From: an uncultured delta proteobacterium
Lineage (GTDB): Bacteria > Desulfobacterota > Binatia > Binatales > Binataceae
Reading direction: 5' to 3'
NCBI GenBank assembly: GCA_963808235.1
Contig: CAWEEQ010000004.1
Location: 2,752,001-2,816,000, forward strand
Length of the DNA: 64,000 nucleotides
Shown one piece after another: positions 29,202 to 41,326 of the stretch. The position numbers and the translations under genes are program-made. Below the pieces are notes generated by a model. That model did no database searches. It was given only the letters and a program-made list of their open reading frames with translations, and was not told where the DNA came from. Each line of letters opens with the position of its first letter. Positions within the stretch are counted from its first letter, which is position 1.

Positions 29202-29984
29202 ATGAACGAACTCGCAGACAAAGTCGCAATCATCACCGGCGGCGGATACGGAATCGGCAAACAGATCGCGCTGCTATACGGAAAGGCCGGCGCGAAGATC
29301 GTAATCGCCGCGCGTTCCGTCGATCCAATGAAGCAGACTTGCGCGGAGCTCGAAAAAACCGGCGCACGCGCGATTTCCGTGCCCACCGATGTCTCGAAAG
29401 AGGCCGACTGCGCAAAGATGACCGACGCGGCGATGAAGGCCTTCGGGCGCGTCGATATCCTGGTCAACAACGCCGGCATCTCGGGTCCGACCAAACGAAT
29501 CACCGAGATGTCGCTCGCCGAATGGCAGGAGACGCTCGATATCGACTTGACCGGCACCTGGCTTGCGACTCGCGCCGTGTTGCCCGCGATGGATAAGCAG
29601 CGCGCGGGCAACATCATCAACATCTCCTCGGGCGCGGGACGCCGCGGCTATCCGATGCGCTCGCCATACGCGGCGGCGAAGTGGGCGATGATCGGGCTTA
29701 CTCAGACGATCGCCGGTGAATGGGGCCAGCGCGGAATCCGATGCAACTGTATCTGCCCGGGCGCGATCGCCGGCGAACGAATCGAGCGCGTGATGCGCGC
29801 GCGCGCCGACGCACTCAAGCAGCCGTACGAGCAGATCCGCGGCGCATTTCTGTCGCAGGCCGCAATGAACCGGATGGCGACCGAAGAGGAAGTCGCGCGC
29901 GTCGCACTATTCCTCGCGACCGAAATTTCCGCAGGCATGACCGGTCAAACGATCAACGTCGATTGCGGCAGCATCATGAATTAG
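29202..29984 (+). CDS. Short-chain dehydrogenase/reductase
   Basis: TGGGYGIG, LVNNAG, YAAAK. Confidence 0.92.
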   Translation: MNELADKVAIITGGGYGIGKQIALLYGKAGAKIVIAARSVDPMKQTCAELEKTGARAISVPTDVSKEADCAKMTDAAMKAFGRVDILVNNAGISGPTKRITEMSLAEWQETLDIDLTGTWLATRAVLPAMDKQRAGNIINISSGAGRRGYPMRSPYAAAKWAMIGLTQTIAGEWGQRGIRCNCICPGAIAGERIERVMRARADALKQPYEQIRGAFLSQAAMNRMATEEEVARVALFLATEISAGMTGQTINVDCGSIMN

Positions 29985-30001
29985 GCGCTGCGCCGGACCC
30001 G

Positions 30002-30679
30002 TTACCAAACGAATGGCACCAAGTGGTACCTGACGGCGTTTTGATATTCTGAGTAGCCGGCAAGGTTCTTGGCGAGGAATTTTTCCTCGTCGAGAAGTCT
30101 CCAGACGATCACGAGCGTCATCGGCACGACCGTGAGCAGTCCCCACCACGAGCCGAGCGCTAGAGGCACGCCTATCAGCATGATCAGAGCGCCGATATAC
30201 ATCGGATGGCGCACCGTCGCGTAGGGTCCTGTCGAAACGACTTTTTGTTCCGTGCTGAGCTCGATGAGCGCCGAGGTATAGGTGTTTTCCCTGAAGACGA
30301 GGAACACGATGAAGAACCCGAGCACGACCAGGATATTTCCTGCGGCGACTACGTACGGCTGCATCGCGGACCATGCGAAACGATGATCGAACGCGGGGAC
30401 CAGCATCACGGCGATAAAATCGAGCATCGCGAGAAATTGAATGATCTTCTGGCTGGTCTCCTTCTCGTCGAGGGGTCCGGCGGCTATCCGCCGCTCCAGC
30501 AGCTTCGGATCGTTCTTCATCAGGTAGACGGTGATCGCGAGCACCGGCGCGAAAAATACCGTCAGAAAAATCCACGCCTGCCAATAGCGCAGCGTCCCCG
30601 CCGGGACGAACACCAACACCGCCATGACGACAAGAAGGTTGAGAAATCCTAGCCACGCTTTTCTGTTCACGTCGTTCAT
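30002..30679 (-). CDS. Isoprenylcysteine carboxylmethyltransferase (ICMT/PEMT) family membrane protein
   Basis: VVSTGPYATVRHPMY, EEKFLAKNLAGYSEY, RYHLVPFVW; ATG 30679 overlaps the upstream stop. Confidence 0.88.
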   Translation of the reverse strand: MNDVNRKAWLGFLNLLVVMAVLVFVPAGTLRYWQAWIFLTVFFAPVLAITVYLMKNDPKLLERRIAAGPLDEKETSQKIIQFLAMLDFIAVMLVPAFDHRFAWSAMQPYVVAAGNILVVLGFFIVFLVFRENTYTSALIELSTEQKVVSTGPYATVRHPMYIGALIMLIGVPLALGSWWGLLTVVPMTLVIVWRLLDEEKFLAKNLAGYSEYQNAVRYHLVPFVW

Positions 30680-31219
30680 TTTCTGATCCTGGACGGTCGA
30701 AGCGCCGCCTTCTGCGCGCGCCATTTGTCCATCATCGCCGGCAATTCCCTCTGCAGGAACTCGAAGAAGGCCAGCGTCTCCGCGATCCGCGCACCGGCGG
30801 GAGACTCGCGTCCGACCACATCTATTCCCTCGCGCAGGCTCCGCTCGCATCGATCGAGCACCTGGTCCTTGCGCGCGATCGCCTCGTACCAGACCTCGCT
30901 ATGCACGCGGTAGTGCTCGCGCCGCGAGCCGGGCTCCGCTTCGCGGCTGGCAAGGTTGACCTGGAGCGAGATACCGGACCGCGCCGGAAATCGCGGCCGG
31001 GCTGACGCGGAGCGATTTGGCCAGCTCGGCCGAATTGAGCCGCCCGGAATCGGTCGCGAGCAGCGCTGCGAACACCCGCGCCGGCATCCGCGGAAACCCG
31101 GACTGCGTCAGCACCGAAGCAAACCGCTCGACGAAGCCAGCCACCGCCGCCTTATCGTCGCGCTGGGCAGACCTCGCAGGTCCCGACGAATGACCCAGCG
31201 CCGCATTCAGATGTTTCAC
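30676..31219 (-). CDS. GbsR/MarR-family transcriptional regulator, frameshifted near 30967
   Basis: FVERFASVLTQSGFPRMPARVFAALL..ELAKSLRVSPAAISGAVRYL continues as LQVNLASREAEPGSRREHYRV..W after removing one base. Confidence 0.82.
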
Positions 31220-31257
31220 GATATCGTGAAACTAGTGTAGTTTCCGAATCATGTCAA
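31213..31257 (-). promoter_or_regulatory. Sigma70-like promoter overlapped by a perfect 20-bp palindrome (probable autoregulatory operator)
   Basis: Minus strand TTGACA (31257-31252), 17 nt spacer, TAGTTT (31234-31229); palindrome GTTTCACGATATCGTGAAAC at 31213-31232. Confidence 0.7.
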
Positions 31258-31300
31258 CAAGAGAATGCGCGCATCTGAAGGCGAAATAAAATTTCTTTGC

Positions 31301-32176
31301 TCAGCGCGCGATGTCGTTATCGCGGATGGTGGCGGCGTAGCCGCTCCGCTTCAGGTGCTCGAGTAGCTCGCGGGCGAGGACCGGGGCGCGATGGCGGCCG
31401 CCGGTGCATCCGAGGCCGATTGTCATGTAGCTCTTGCCTTCGCGCTGGTAGAGCGGCATCAGAAAATCGAAAAGGCTTCCGACCTCCTCGACGAATCGGC
31501 GCGCTTCCGGCTGCGCCATCACATACTCGCGCACCGCGGCGTCGAGACCGGTGAGCGGGCGCAGCTCGGAAATGAAAAACGGATTCGGGATGAATCGCAC
31601 GTCGAGCACCAGGTCCATCCCGACCGGCAGTCCATATTTGTAGCCGAACGAGACGATCGAAATCGCCATCCGCGAGCCCGATCCCGCGCCCAGCACAGCC
31701 GCGGTCACCACCTCGCGCAGTTCGTGAACGGTGAGCGTGGTGGTATCGATCACGCGATCGGCCCGCTCGCGCATCTCGGCCAGCGCCAGGCGCTCGCGAT
31801 GGATACTCTCGGCGACGGTAGCGCCGCTGGCGGCCATGGGATGCGGCCGGCGGCTCTCAGAGTAGCGGCGCGCGAGCACGTCGTCCGACGCGTCGAGAAA
31901 AATTACTTCGGGATGAATTCCGGCCGCGTCGAGATCCGCAAAAATTCGCGGCCACTGTGGAAAGAACAGGCGTTCGCGCGGATCGATTCCGAGCGCGACA
32001 CCCTTTAGCGCCGGGTCGCGTGAAGCCGCCAGCGACGCAACATTCTGCGCCAGCGCGACGGGCAGATTATCGACGCAGTAAAAGCCGAGATCTTCGAGCA
32101 CCCGCATCGCGGACGCGCGGCCCGAACCTGAAACACCGGTGACTATTATGAGGCGGGGTGTTTGCGGCGAGCTCAT
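31301..32176 (-). CDS. rapZ: RNase adapter RapZ
   Basis: TGVSGSGR, LEDLGFYCVDNLP, RYSESRRPHP, SFGYKYG, DVRFIPNP, GCTGGRHR. Confidence 0.95.
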   Translation of the reverse strand: MSSPQTPRLIIVTGVSGSGRASAMRVLEDLGFYCVDNLPVALAQNVASLAASRDPALKGVALGIDPRERLFFPQWPRIFADLDAAGIHPEVIFLDASDDVLARRYSESRRPHPMAASGATVAESIHRERLALAEMRERADRVIDTTTLTVHELREVVTAAVLGAGSGSRMAISIVSFGYKYGLPVGMDLVLDVRFIPNPFFISELRPLTGLDAAVREYVMAQPEARRFVEEVGSLFDFLMPLYQREGKSYMTIGLGCTGGRHRAPVLARELLEHLKRSGYAATIRDNDIAR

Positions 32177-32190
32177 CGGGGAGCGCGGAA

Positions 32191-32652
32191 TCAGTACTTG
32201 CTGTCCTCTTCCTTGATGAGTCGATAGATCTCGTCGGCGTCTTTGGCGGCGAGCAGCCGCTCTCGAAATGAACTTTCCTTGAGCAGGCGGGAAACCCGCG
32301 CCAAGGCCTTCAGATGCAGGCTCGCGGAATCCTCTGGCGCAACCAGCACGAAGAAGAGCTGCGACGGGCCGCCGTCGAGCGAGTCGAAATCGACGCCCTG
32401 CACGTGGCGGCCGAACGCTCCGATTATCTTGGTCACGCCGCGCAGCTTGCCGTGCGGTATGGCGATGCCGTCGCCGATTGCGGTCGAGCCCAACCGCTCA
32501 CGCTCGGCCAGCACCGCGTTCAGTTCGGCAAGCGAGATTTCCTTGTATTTGGAGGTCAACGCTTTCGCGAGTTCGTTCAGCACGTCCGGCTTGGTGGTGC
32601 CCTTCAAGTCAGCGATGACCATGTCAGGGCTCAGGATGTCCGTAATTTTCAT
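32191..32652 (-). CDS. ptsN: PTS EIIA (nitrogen-regulatory type)
   Basis: ERERLGSTAIGDGIAIPHGK, VDFDSLDG, HLKALARVSR; located in the rpoN operon. Confidence 0.92.
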   Translation of the reverse strand: MKITDILSPDMVIADLKGTTKPDVLNELAKALTSKYKEISLAELNAVLAERERLGSTAIGDGIAIPHGKLRGVTKIIGAFGRHVQGVDFDSLDGGPSQLFFVLVAPEDSASLHLKALARVSRLLKESSFRERLLAAKDADEIYRLIKEEDSKY

Positions 32653-32723
32653 CTAGTCGTTCCAGTGAAACGGCGGTGCTGTGTTCGATCGCTACGATAC
32701 GCAAGCGCGCGGAGCGATGCGAA

Positions 32724-33152
32724 TCAGGATTCCTCGCTCAAGCTCAGAACCTCGCCGGTGGAGGGCGATCGAACTTTCTTAGCCTTGAATTTTTCGATGT
32801 GTTTAACCAGTTGGCGTCCAACCTTGTCCGCGAGCAGATCGATCACCGAGTAGAGATCCTTGGTCTCCTCCTGCGCGGTGACGGAAAGGCGCCCGGATTT
32901 GACAGTAACTTCACCGTGCTGCCGGTATTTGTCAACGGTGAGGATCAGATGAGCGTCGCAGGTGCGCTTGAGCAACTTGCTGACATGAGCGAGTTTGCGT
33001 TCCGCATACAATCGAATCGCTTCGGTGGGTTCGACGTGGCGAAAGGTCACGGTGACTCGAGTCACGGTCCCGTCGCCGACCCGCGCCGCGCGCCGCACTT
33101 TTCGGATTTCGGCGCGAGTGCGTTTTCCCTGCTTGTCGCTTTTATTGCTCAC
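32724..33152 (-). CDS. hpf: Ribosome hibernation factor HPF/RaiA (short form)
   Basis: VTVTFRHVEPTEAIRLYAERKL...DLYSVIDLLADKVGRQLVKH; directly downstream of rpoN; start uncertain. Confidence 0.88.
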   Translation of the reverse strand: MSNKSDKQGKRTRAEIRKVRRAARVGDGTVTRVTVTFRHVEPTEAIRLYAERKLAHVSKLLKRTCDAHLILTVDKYRQHGEVTVKSGRLSVTAQEETKDLYSVIDLLADKVGRQLVKHIEKFKAKKVRSPSTGEVLSLSEES

Positions 33153-33174
33153 GATAATTCGCCTGCACAGAACT

Positions 33175-34743
33175 TCATCCGATCTGTTTGCGATTGGCCG
33201 ACGGCGGAATACCCATCGCCTGCCGATACTTGGCGACCGTGCGCCGCGCGATATTGATCTGCTTTACCCGGAGCATCTCGGCAATGGCCTGGTCCGAGAG
33301 CGGGCTCATCGGAGTCTCCGCCGTCACCATCGCGCGAATTTCTTCCTTGACGGTTTCGGCGCTGACGTCTTCGCCACTGGCGCCTTTTACTCCCGAGGTA
33401 AAGAAAAACTTGAGCTCGTAAATTCCTTGCGGCGTATGCGCGTACTTGTTGGCGGTCGCGCGGCTGATGGTCGATTCGTGCATCCCGATGTCTTCCGCGA
33501 CGTCTTTCAGCACGAGCGGCTTGAGCAGGCTGATTCCATGATCAAAGAACGCGCGCTGAAACTTGACGATCGAAGTCGCGACCTTGAAGATCGTCTGCTG
33601 GCGCTGGTAAATCGACTTCACCAGCCATCGCGCCGAGCGCAGGCGCTCCTGCAGATACTCGCGCGTCTCCGCGGCTACATCGACGTCGTTGAGCACGCGC
33701 TGGTAGTAACCGGCCAGGCGCAGACGAGGCACCGCGTCGCGATTGAGGGTGACGACGTAATCCTCACTGACTTTCTGAATGTAAACGTCGGGCACGACGT
33801 AGGTTGGCTCCGCGCCGCCGTAGTCGCGGCCGGGCTTGGGTTCGAGCAGCGAGATCACCTTGGCCGACTGCCCGACCGTTTCGACCGACACGCCCAGCAC
33901 CTTGGCAATTTCCGCGTAGCGATGCTTCTCGAGCAAATCGAGATGGTTCTTGACGATTTTTGCGGCCAGCGATTCTTCCATCCCGAGGTTCTGCAACTGC
34001 GCGAGCAGGCATTCGCGCAAGTCGCGCGCGGCGACGCCGGGCGGATCGAAGCGCTGTATCCGCGCGAGCACGCGCTCGACTTCGGCCGACGGGATTTCGA
34101 GCTGCGCCGCCATCTCGTCGACCGGAGTTTCGAGGTAGCCGTCTTCGTTCAGGTTGTAGATGATCGTCGCGCCGATTTTCTGATCGTTCTCGGTGAGGTT
34201 CGAAAGCCCGAGCTGCCACATCATGTGGCCTTCGAGCGAGCTGCGCCGCAGCGGCGTGTTTTCCAGAGCGCTGCGATGGTCGTCGTCGGAGTCCGACGAC
34301 GGCGCGCTCTCCTGCCAGTTGTTCGAGTAGGTCTCCAGGTACTCGCGCCAGTCGAGTTTTTCGAGACTGTTGAGCTCCTTGATTTCGAGCGCCGCGTCGC
34401 GCGCCTCGGTCTCGACGGCCGGTGCGACTTTTTCTTCGCGCGCGCCGGTCTCCCAATCGTCATCGGAGTTGGCGCCGAGTGCGCCGTCGGCCTCGGGCGG
34501 CAGCGGCTCTCCGTCGGATGCGGCAGCCGCGTCCGGGTCGGGCAGCTCGGATTCGGATGCAGCTTCGGCCGGGCTTTGATCGAGCGGCTCGAGCATCGGA
34601 TTCTGCTCGAGTTCCGACTGCACGATCGCCTCGAGCTCCGGCAGCGACAGCTGCAGGATTTTGATCGCTTGCTGGAGCTGCGGCGTCATCACCAATTGCT
34701 GGCGGAGCCGGAGATCTTGTCCGAGTTTTACTTCAAGCGCCAT
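33175..34743 (-). CDS. rpoN: RNA polymerase sigma-54 factor
   Basis: MTPQLQQAIKILQL, HESTISRA, and the RpoN box ARRTVAKYR. Confidence 0.98.
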   Translation of the reverse strand: MALEVKLGQDLRLRQQLVMTPQLQQAIKILQLSLPELEAIVQSELEQNPMLEPLDQSPAEAASESELPDPDAAAASDGEPLPPEADGALGANSDDDWETGAREEKVAPAVETEARDAALEIKELNSLEKLDWREYLETYSNNWQESAPSSDSDDDHRSALENTPLRRSSLEGHMMWQLGLSNLTENDQKIGATIIYNLNEDGYLETPVDEMAAQLEIPSAEVERVLARIQRFDPPGVAARDLRECLLAQLQNLGMEESLAAKIVKNHLDLLEKHRYAEIAKVLGVSVETVGQSAKVISLLEPKPGRDYGGAEPTYVVPDVYIQKVSEDYVVTLNRDAVPRLRLAGYYQRVLNDVDVAAETREYLQERLRSARWLVKSIYQRQQTIFKVATSIVKFQRAFFDHGISLLKPLVLKDVAEDIGMHESTISRATANKYAHTPQGIYELKFFFTSGVKGASGEDVSAETVKEEIRAMVTAETPMSPLSDQAIAEMLRVKQINIARRTVAKYRQAMGIPPSANRKQIG

Positions 34744-34777
34744 CGCTGATTCTTATCTTTTCTTGCTTTTTTACTTT

Positions 34778-36157
34778 TTACTGACACCCAGGCGTGGGCG
34801 GCGCTCCGTCCTCATTCTGTCCGTTGTGCGGGAAAATCACGGCGCGGGCGTCTTCGACTACGCTCTTGTTGGTATCGAGGAATACGGTGATCCGTTTACC
34901 GGTAATCTGGTTGGCGCAGTCGTGCACCACCGGGCTCCCGGTCAGGACCATCGTGCGCTTGGTTTGATCCATCACGCCATGCTCTCCGGTCGCCCATTGA
35001 GTGCCCTGGCTCATGCGCACGTTGCCATCAGCAACCATGTCCTTGAGCTGCTTGAAATCCTTGTCGAAATAGTTGACCCGCAACTGGTCGCTCGTGAGCT
35101 GCGCTTGAGCCTGGGTGGCATGCACATGTCCGGACCAGAGGACCGAGTGATTCTGATAGTCGAGAGACATCGACTCGGACTTGATATGGATCGGGCCCTT
35201 GTTGTTGCCGAATTGAAGCCCGGTCGGATTGTCTTCTTGCGGAGTGTTCGACGCGATCTTGGTGTCTTTGCCTTCGCCCTTGCCGCCTTTGCCGGCAGCC
35301 TGGCGCGGTTGCTTTGCTGGCGGAGCCTGCTCTGCGCTGATGGGAGCATTCGGCGGCGCCGGTGCTGGTACAGGCGCGGCGTCTGGAGGAACTGGCGCGA
35401 GCACCATCGGCGGCGCTAAAGCGCCCGAGGGAGGCATCGCGGCCGTAGTCACCGGAGTCGAGACCGGCGCAGCCGCTTCCGGAGCCGGCGCGACCGATGG
35501 GACGGGCGCGGGAGCAGGCTCCGACGCGGCGACGGGCGCCGGTGGCGTCGTCGCAGAGACGGCTGGGGCTGATACGGATGACACGCTGGCGGGTGCGCTC
35601 GCTTCGACGGGAGCTACTGGAACTGGCGCACTAACTTCAGCAGGAGCTGGTGCCGCCGGCGGAGGCGCACTGGCTTCGACTGGGGCTGGTACCACAGGTG
35701 GAGCACTCGCTTGAGCTGGGGCTGCTGCGGCAGGCGGGGCGCTCGCTTCAGCAGGAGCTGCCGCCGCAGGCGGGGCGCTCGCTTCAGGAGGAGCTGCCGC
35801 CGCAGGAGGCGCGCTCGCCTCGGCGGGAGCTGCCACCGCAGGTGGCGCGCTGGCTTCAGCTGGAGCTGCCGCGCTCGATGGCGTTGAACCCGGCACTCCG
35901 CCTGTCACGCTGATCGAATCGCCGGTCATGTCATCGGTGGCGGCCGGCTGCTGCTCGACAGGTGCGGGCGCGTTGTCCGCTTTGTCGGGACGAATCGAAT
36001 TTCCCACCGTGCCTTCGCCCATCGCGGGCACCGAAGACGGCGACGACATCGGCGTATTGACGCCATCTTGAGCCCACGCAGGCGACGCCAGTGCGCACGC
36101 GACGATCGCGCTCGCAACGATAGTTACGACGCGATTAACTTTTTTTGGATTTTTCAC
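34778..36157 (-). CDS. lptA: LptA/OstA-family protein with a long Pro/Ala/Ser-rich N-terminal region
   Basis: Signal peptide (ALASPAWA), low-complexity region, then GPIHIKSESM..WSGHVHATQ..LTSDQL..ADGNVRMSQ..VLTGSPVV..QITGKRITV; follows lptC. Confidence 0.82.
   Translation of the reverse strand: MKNPKKVNRVVTIVASAIVACALASPAWAQDGVNTPMSSPSSVPAMGEGTVGNSIRPDKADNAPAPVEQQPAATDDMTGDSISVTGGVPGSTPSSAAAPAEASAPPAVAAPAEASAPPAAAAPPEASAPPAAAAPAEASAPPAAAAPAQASAPPVVPAPVEASAPPPAAPAPAEVSAPVPVAPVEASAPASVSSVSAPAVSATTPPAPVAASEPAPAPVPSVAPAPEAAAPVSTPVTTAAMPPSGALAPPMVLAPVPPDAAPVPAPAPPNAPISAEQAPPAKQPRQAAGKGGKGEGKDTKIASNTPQEDNPTGLQFGNNKGPIHIKSESMSLDYQNHSVLWSGHVHATQAQAQLTSDQLRVNYFDKDFKQLKDMVADGNVRMSQGTQWATGEHGVMDQTKRTMVLTGSPVVHDCANQITGKRITVFLDTNKSVVEDARAVIFPHNGQNEDGAPPTPGCQ
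35588..35872 (-). repeat. Coding tandem repeat, about 8 copies of a 36-bp / 12-aa unit (AAAAPAEASAPP)
   Basis: AVAAPAEASAPP, AAAAPPEASAPP, AAAAPAEASAPP, AAAAPAQASAPP, VVPAPVEASAPP etc. within lptA, with synonymous differences between copies. Confidence 0.85.
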
Positions 36158-36734
36158 GATCGTTCTGCGGTATAAATTCAGTCTCTACCTGCTCGCGGAG
36201 CTGGAAAATTCGGGTCTTGGGATGTCCCGTCATGCCCACCCCGGTGACTTTGAGTCCGCTGCCGATTACGGTGACAGCCCCGGCGGCATCGACCTGATCT
36301 TGATCGGGCAGGAACGTCGCGGAATCGGTGCTGAGGATGTACTCGCCGAAGTGGATGACCGTACCTCCGCTCAGAACCGCGCGTGTCACGTGATTTCCGT
36401 CCAAAGCCAGAACCGCAAGTGGAGCGTTGACGACTACCGGATGTCCGTCGCTGGAGGTCATCGTGACTTCCGCATTGACCAGCCTCACCGACGTCTTGTC
36501 GTTCGAATAACTAGCCTCGCCCGCGGTCAGGACCCATTGCCGCTCGCCGGCTTTCATCTGGGTCCAATGGAAATTGTGCGCATGCAAAAGCGTGCCGGGA
36601 ACGACGCCGGCTACAGTCTGCAAGACCTGCGTAGCGGAGCGATGACGCACGATCCAGACGGTCGCAATCAGCAGGATGGCGAGCGCCAGCGCACCGAAAC
36701 CGGCCAGCATCTTTGCGATACGGCGAGGGCTCAC
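36135..36734 (-). CDS. lptC: LPS export protein LptC
   Basis: Single N-terminal TM, then a beta-rich domain (GERQWVLTAGEASY, VTVIGSGLKVTGVGM); lies upstream of lptA. Confidence 0.78.
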   Translation of the reverse strand: MSPRRIAKMLAGFGALALAILLIATVWIVRHRSATQVLQTVAGVVPGTLLHAHNFHWTQMKAGERQWVLTAGEASYSNDKTSVRLVNAEVTMTSSDGHPVVVNAPLAVLALDGNHVTRAVLSGGTVIHFGEYILSTDSATFLPDQDQVDAAGAVTVIGSGLKVTGVGMTGHPKTRIFQLREQVETEFIPQNDREKSKKS

Positions 36735-36848
36735 GGCCTATTTTCCCCGAAATCCATGCTTGCAGATTGAATTTTAAACTAAAGCGATAGGTCGGCACCA
36801 TACTTGCAAAACCCACAATGATCATACTCAGGATTCCACAGGAACCGG

Positions 36849-37742
36849 TCATCGGCCCGCGCTGCTCGACCTCGATTCGACAGTGAGGACAAAGTGCGTC
36901 AGATACGGCCGGTGATCGTAGCCGTATGCAATCTGCCGAGCGTCGACTAGCGACTCTTCGTCCGACTTTTCGGCTCGCTCGAGGTTCCAGAGTACTTCGT
37001 CCTCCCACATCACCACGCCATCGTGTAGTTCCTCGACTGATAAGACATTCAGCAGGCCAGTCTGCCGGAATAGATCGGCCCACCAGTGCGGCGAATGGTA
37101 TTTGGAGAACTCCTGGTTCCAGAGCGTGGTGCCGTCGTCATACTCATGCGGAAGATCATGCAGCTTGGCCGCTTCGAATTCTTCGTTGAAGCACGGACTG
37201 CCGATGCATAGGCAGCCGCCCGGCTTGAGATGACGGAGCAGATGCGGGAGGAAACCCGGAATCGCGCCAAAGTAATGGATCGCATCCATGCAGAAGATCG
37301 CATCGAAAGAGGACTCCGCAAACGGCAGCGCCTGCGTTACGTCCAGGTGCATCGGGACGATACTCAGACCCGGCTGTTGCGTGCGCGAGTAAAGCTCATT
37401 GGCGGAGATCCACCAATCGACGGCAATGACGTTGACGCCATACTGGCAAGCCAGAAAAACGGAGGTGGCGCCTCTGCCACAGCCCAGATCCATGACGGTC
37501 ATGCCCCGCTTCAGGGACAGAGTCCGCGCCATCCGAGCGGCCAGGTAAAGACCGCCAGGCCCCATTTTGCCGTCGTAGATTTGGGCCCGCGTCAGGCCAG
37601 CGAGCTCCGGATATTCTGCATCCTTCAGCCTGCGGAATTCCGCTTTTACGTTTGCGAGCGACAGCAACTTCACTCCTGATTCGACATCGGCCAGATTGAC
37701 CTGGCGCACACGCGGGACGTTACTTGCGCCAGGAATCTCCAC
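36849..37742 (-). CDS. Class I SAM-dependent methyltransferase
   Basis: VMDLGCGRG, LPFAESSFDAIFC, LKPGG. Confidence 0.85.
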   Translation of the reverse strand: MEIPGASNVPRVRQVNLADVESGVKLLSLANVKAEFRRLKDAEYPELAGLTRAQIYDGKMGPGGLYLAARMARTLSLKRGMTVMDLGCGRGATSVFLACQYGVNVIAVDWWISANELYSRTQQPGLSIVPMHLDVTQALPFAESSFDAIFCMDAIHYFGAIPGFLPHLLRHLKPGGCLCIGSPCFNEEFEAAKLHDLPHEYDDGTTLWNQEFSKYHSPHWWADLFRQTGLLNVLSVEELHDGVVMWEDEVLWNLERAEKSDEESLVDARQIAYGYDHRPYLTHFVLTVESRSSSAGR

Positions 37743-37763
37743 GACGAGATTCAGTCCTGCGAT

Positions 37764-40998
<3,235 letters not shown>

Positions 40999-41142
40999 CG
41001 AAAACTCGGCCAGAAAATTTCTCCGTTGTGAAAGATTTGCGATCGAAGGGGCACATCGAACGGTACCCGACCGCAGCGGTCCTTGTCAATTTTTCGCGCG
41101 AGGATTCGACGCTGAGTTATGCACCACGGTGATTGAGAAGAC

Positions 41143-41173
41143 AAAAAAATGGGCGGCCGTCTCTGGCCGCCCG
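41143..41173 (-). terminator. Rho-independent terminator
   Basis: 8-bp stem GGGCGGCC/GGCCGCCC followed on the minus strand by a 7-T run; lies just downstream of the small basic ORF. Confidence 0.8.
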
Positions 41174-41200
41174 TTATGAGTTCGCGAAACTGCTCCGAAT

Positions 41201-41326
41201 CTATTTGCCGCGAATCCGGGTCCTGCGCATCTTGCGCAGTCTTGATTTGGCCTGATGCGAATCGCTCCGCTTTTTGCGCGCCAGCTTCCGTTTGCGCCGA
41301 TTGCGCTGGACCGATGCTACTTTCAT
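41201..41326 (-). CDS. 41-aa highly basic small protein
   Basis: MKVASVQRNRRKRKLARKKRSDSHQAKSRLRKMRRTRIRGK*; AGGAGAG RBS, ATGA overlap with the upstream stop, terminator downstream. Confidence 0.65.
   Translation of the reverse strand: MKVASVQRNRRKRKLARKKRSDSHQAKSRLRKMRRTRIRGK

Noticed and set aside
32995-34749. 584-aa plus-strand ORF, and similar long ORFs at 38723..40372, 22111..23574, 8145..10430 and 53510..55171
   Set aside because: Antisense or alternative-frame shadows of well-supported genes (rpoN, pyrG, sulfite reductase, murJ/hldE, permease). These are expected at high GC and have no recognisable motifs
35588-35872. 36-bp periodic repeats resembling a CRISPR array
   Set aside because: No unique spacers. 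The repeats are in-frame coding units of lptA with synonymous variation, and no cas genes are present
36793-36808. Sigma54-like CGGCAC-CATAC-TTGCA on the plus strand
   Set aside because: It points antisense into the methyltransferase gene with no downstream sense gene. One such match could occur by chance in a window this size
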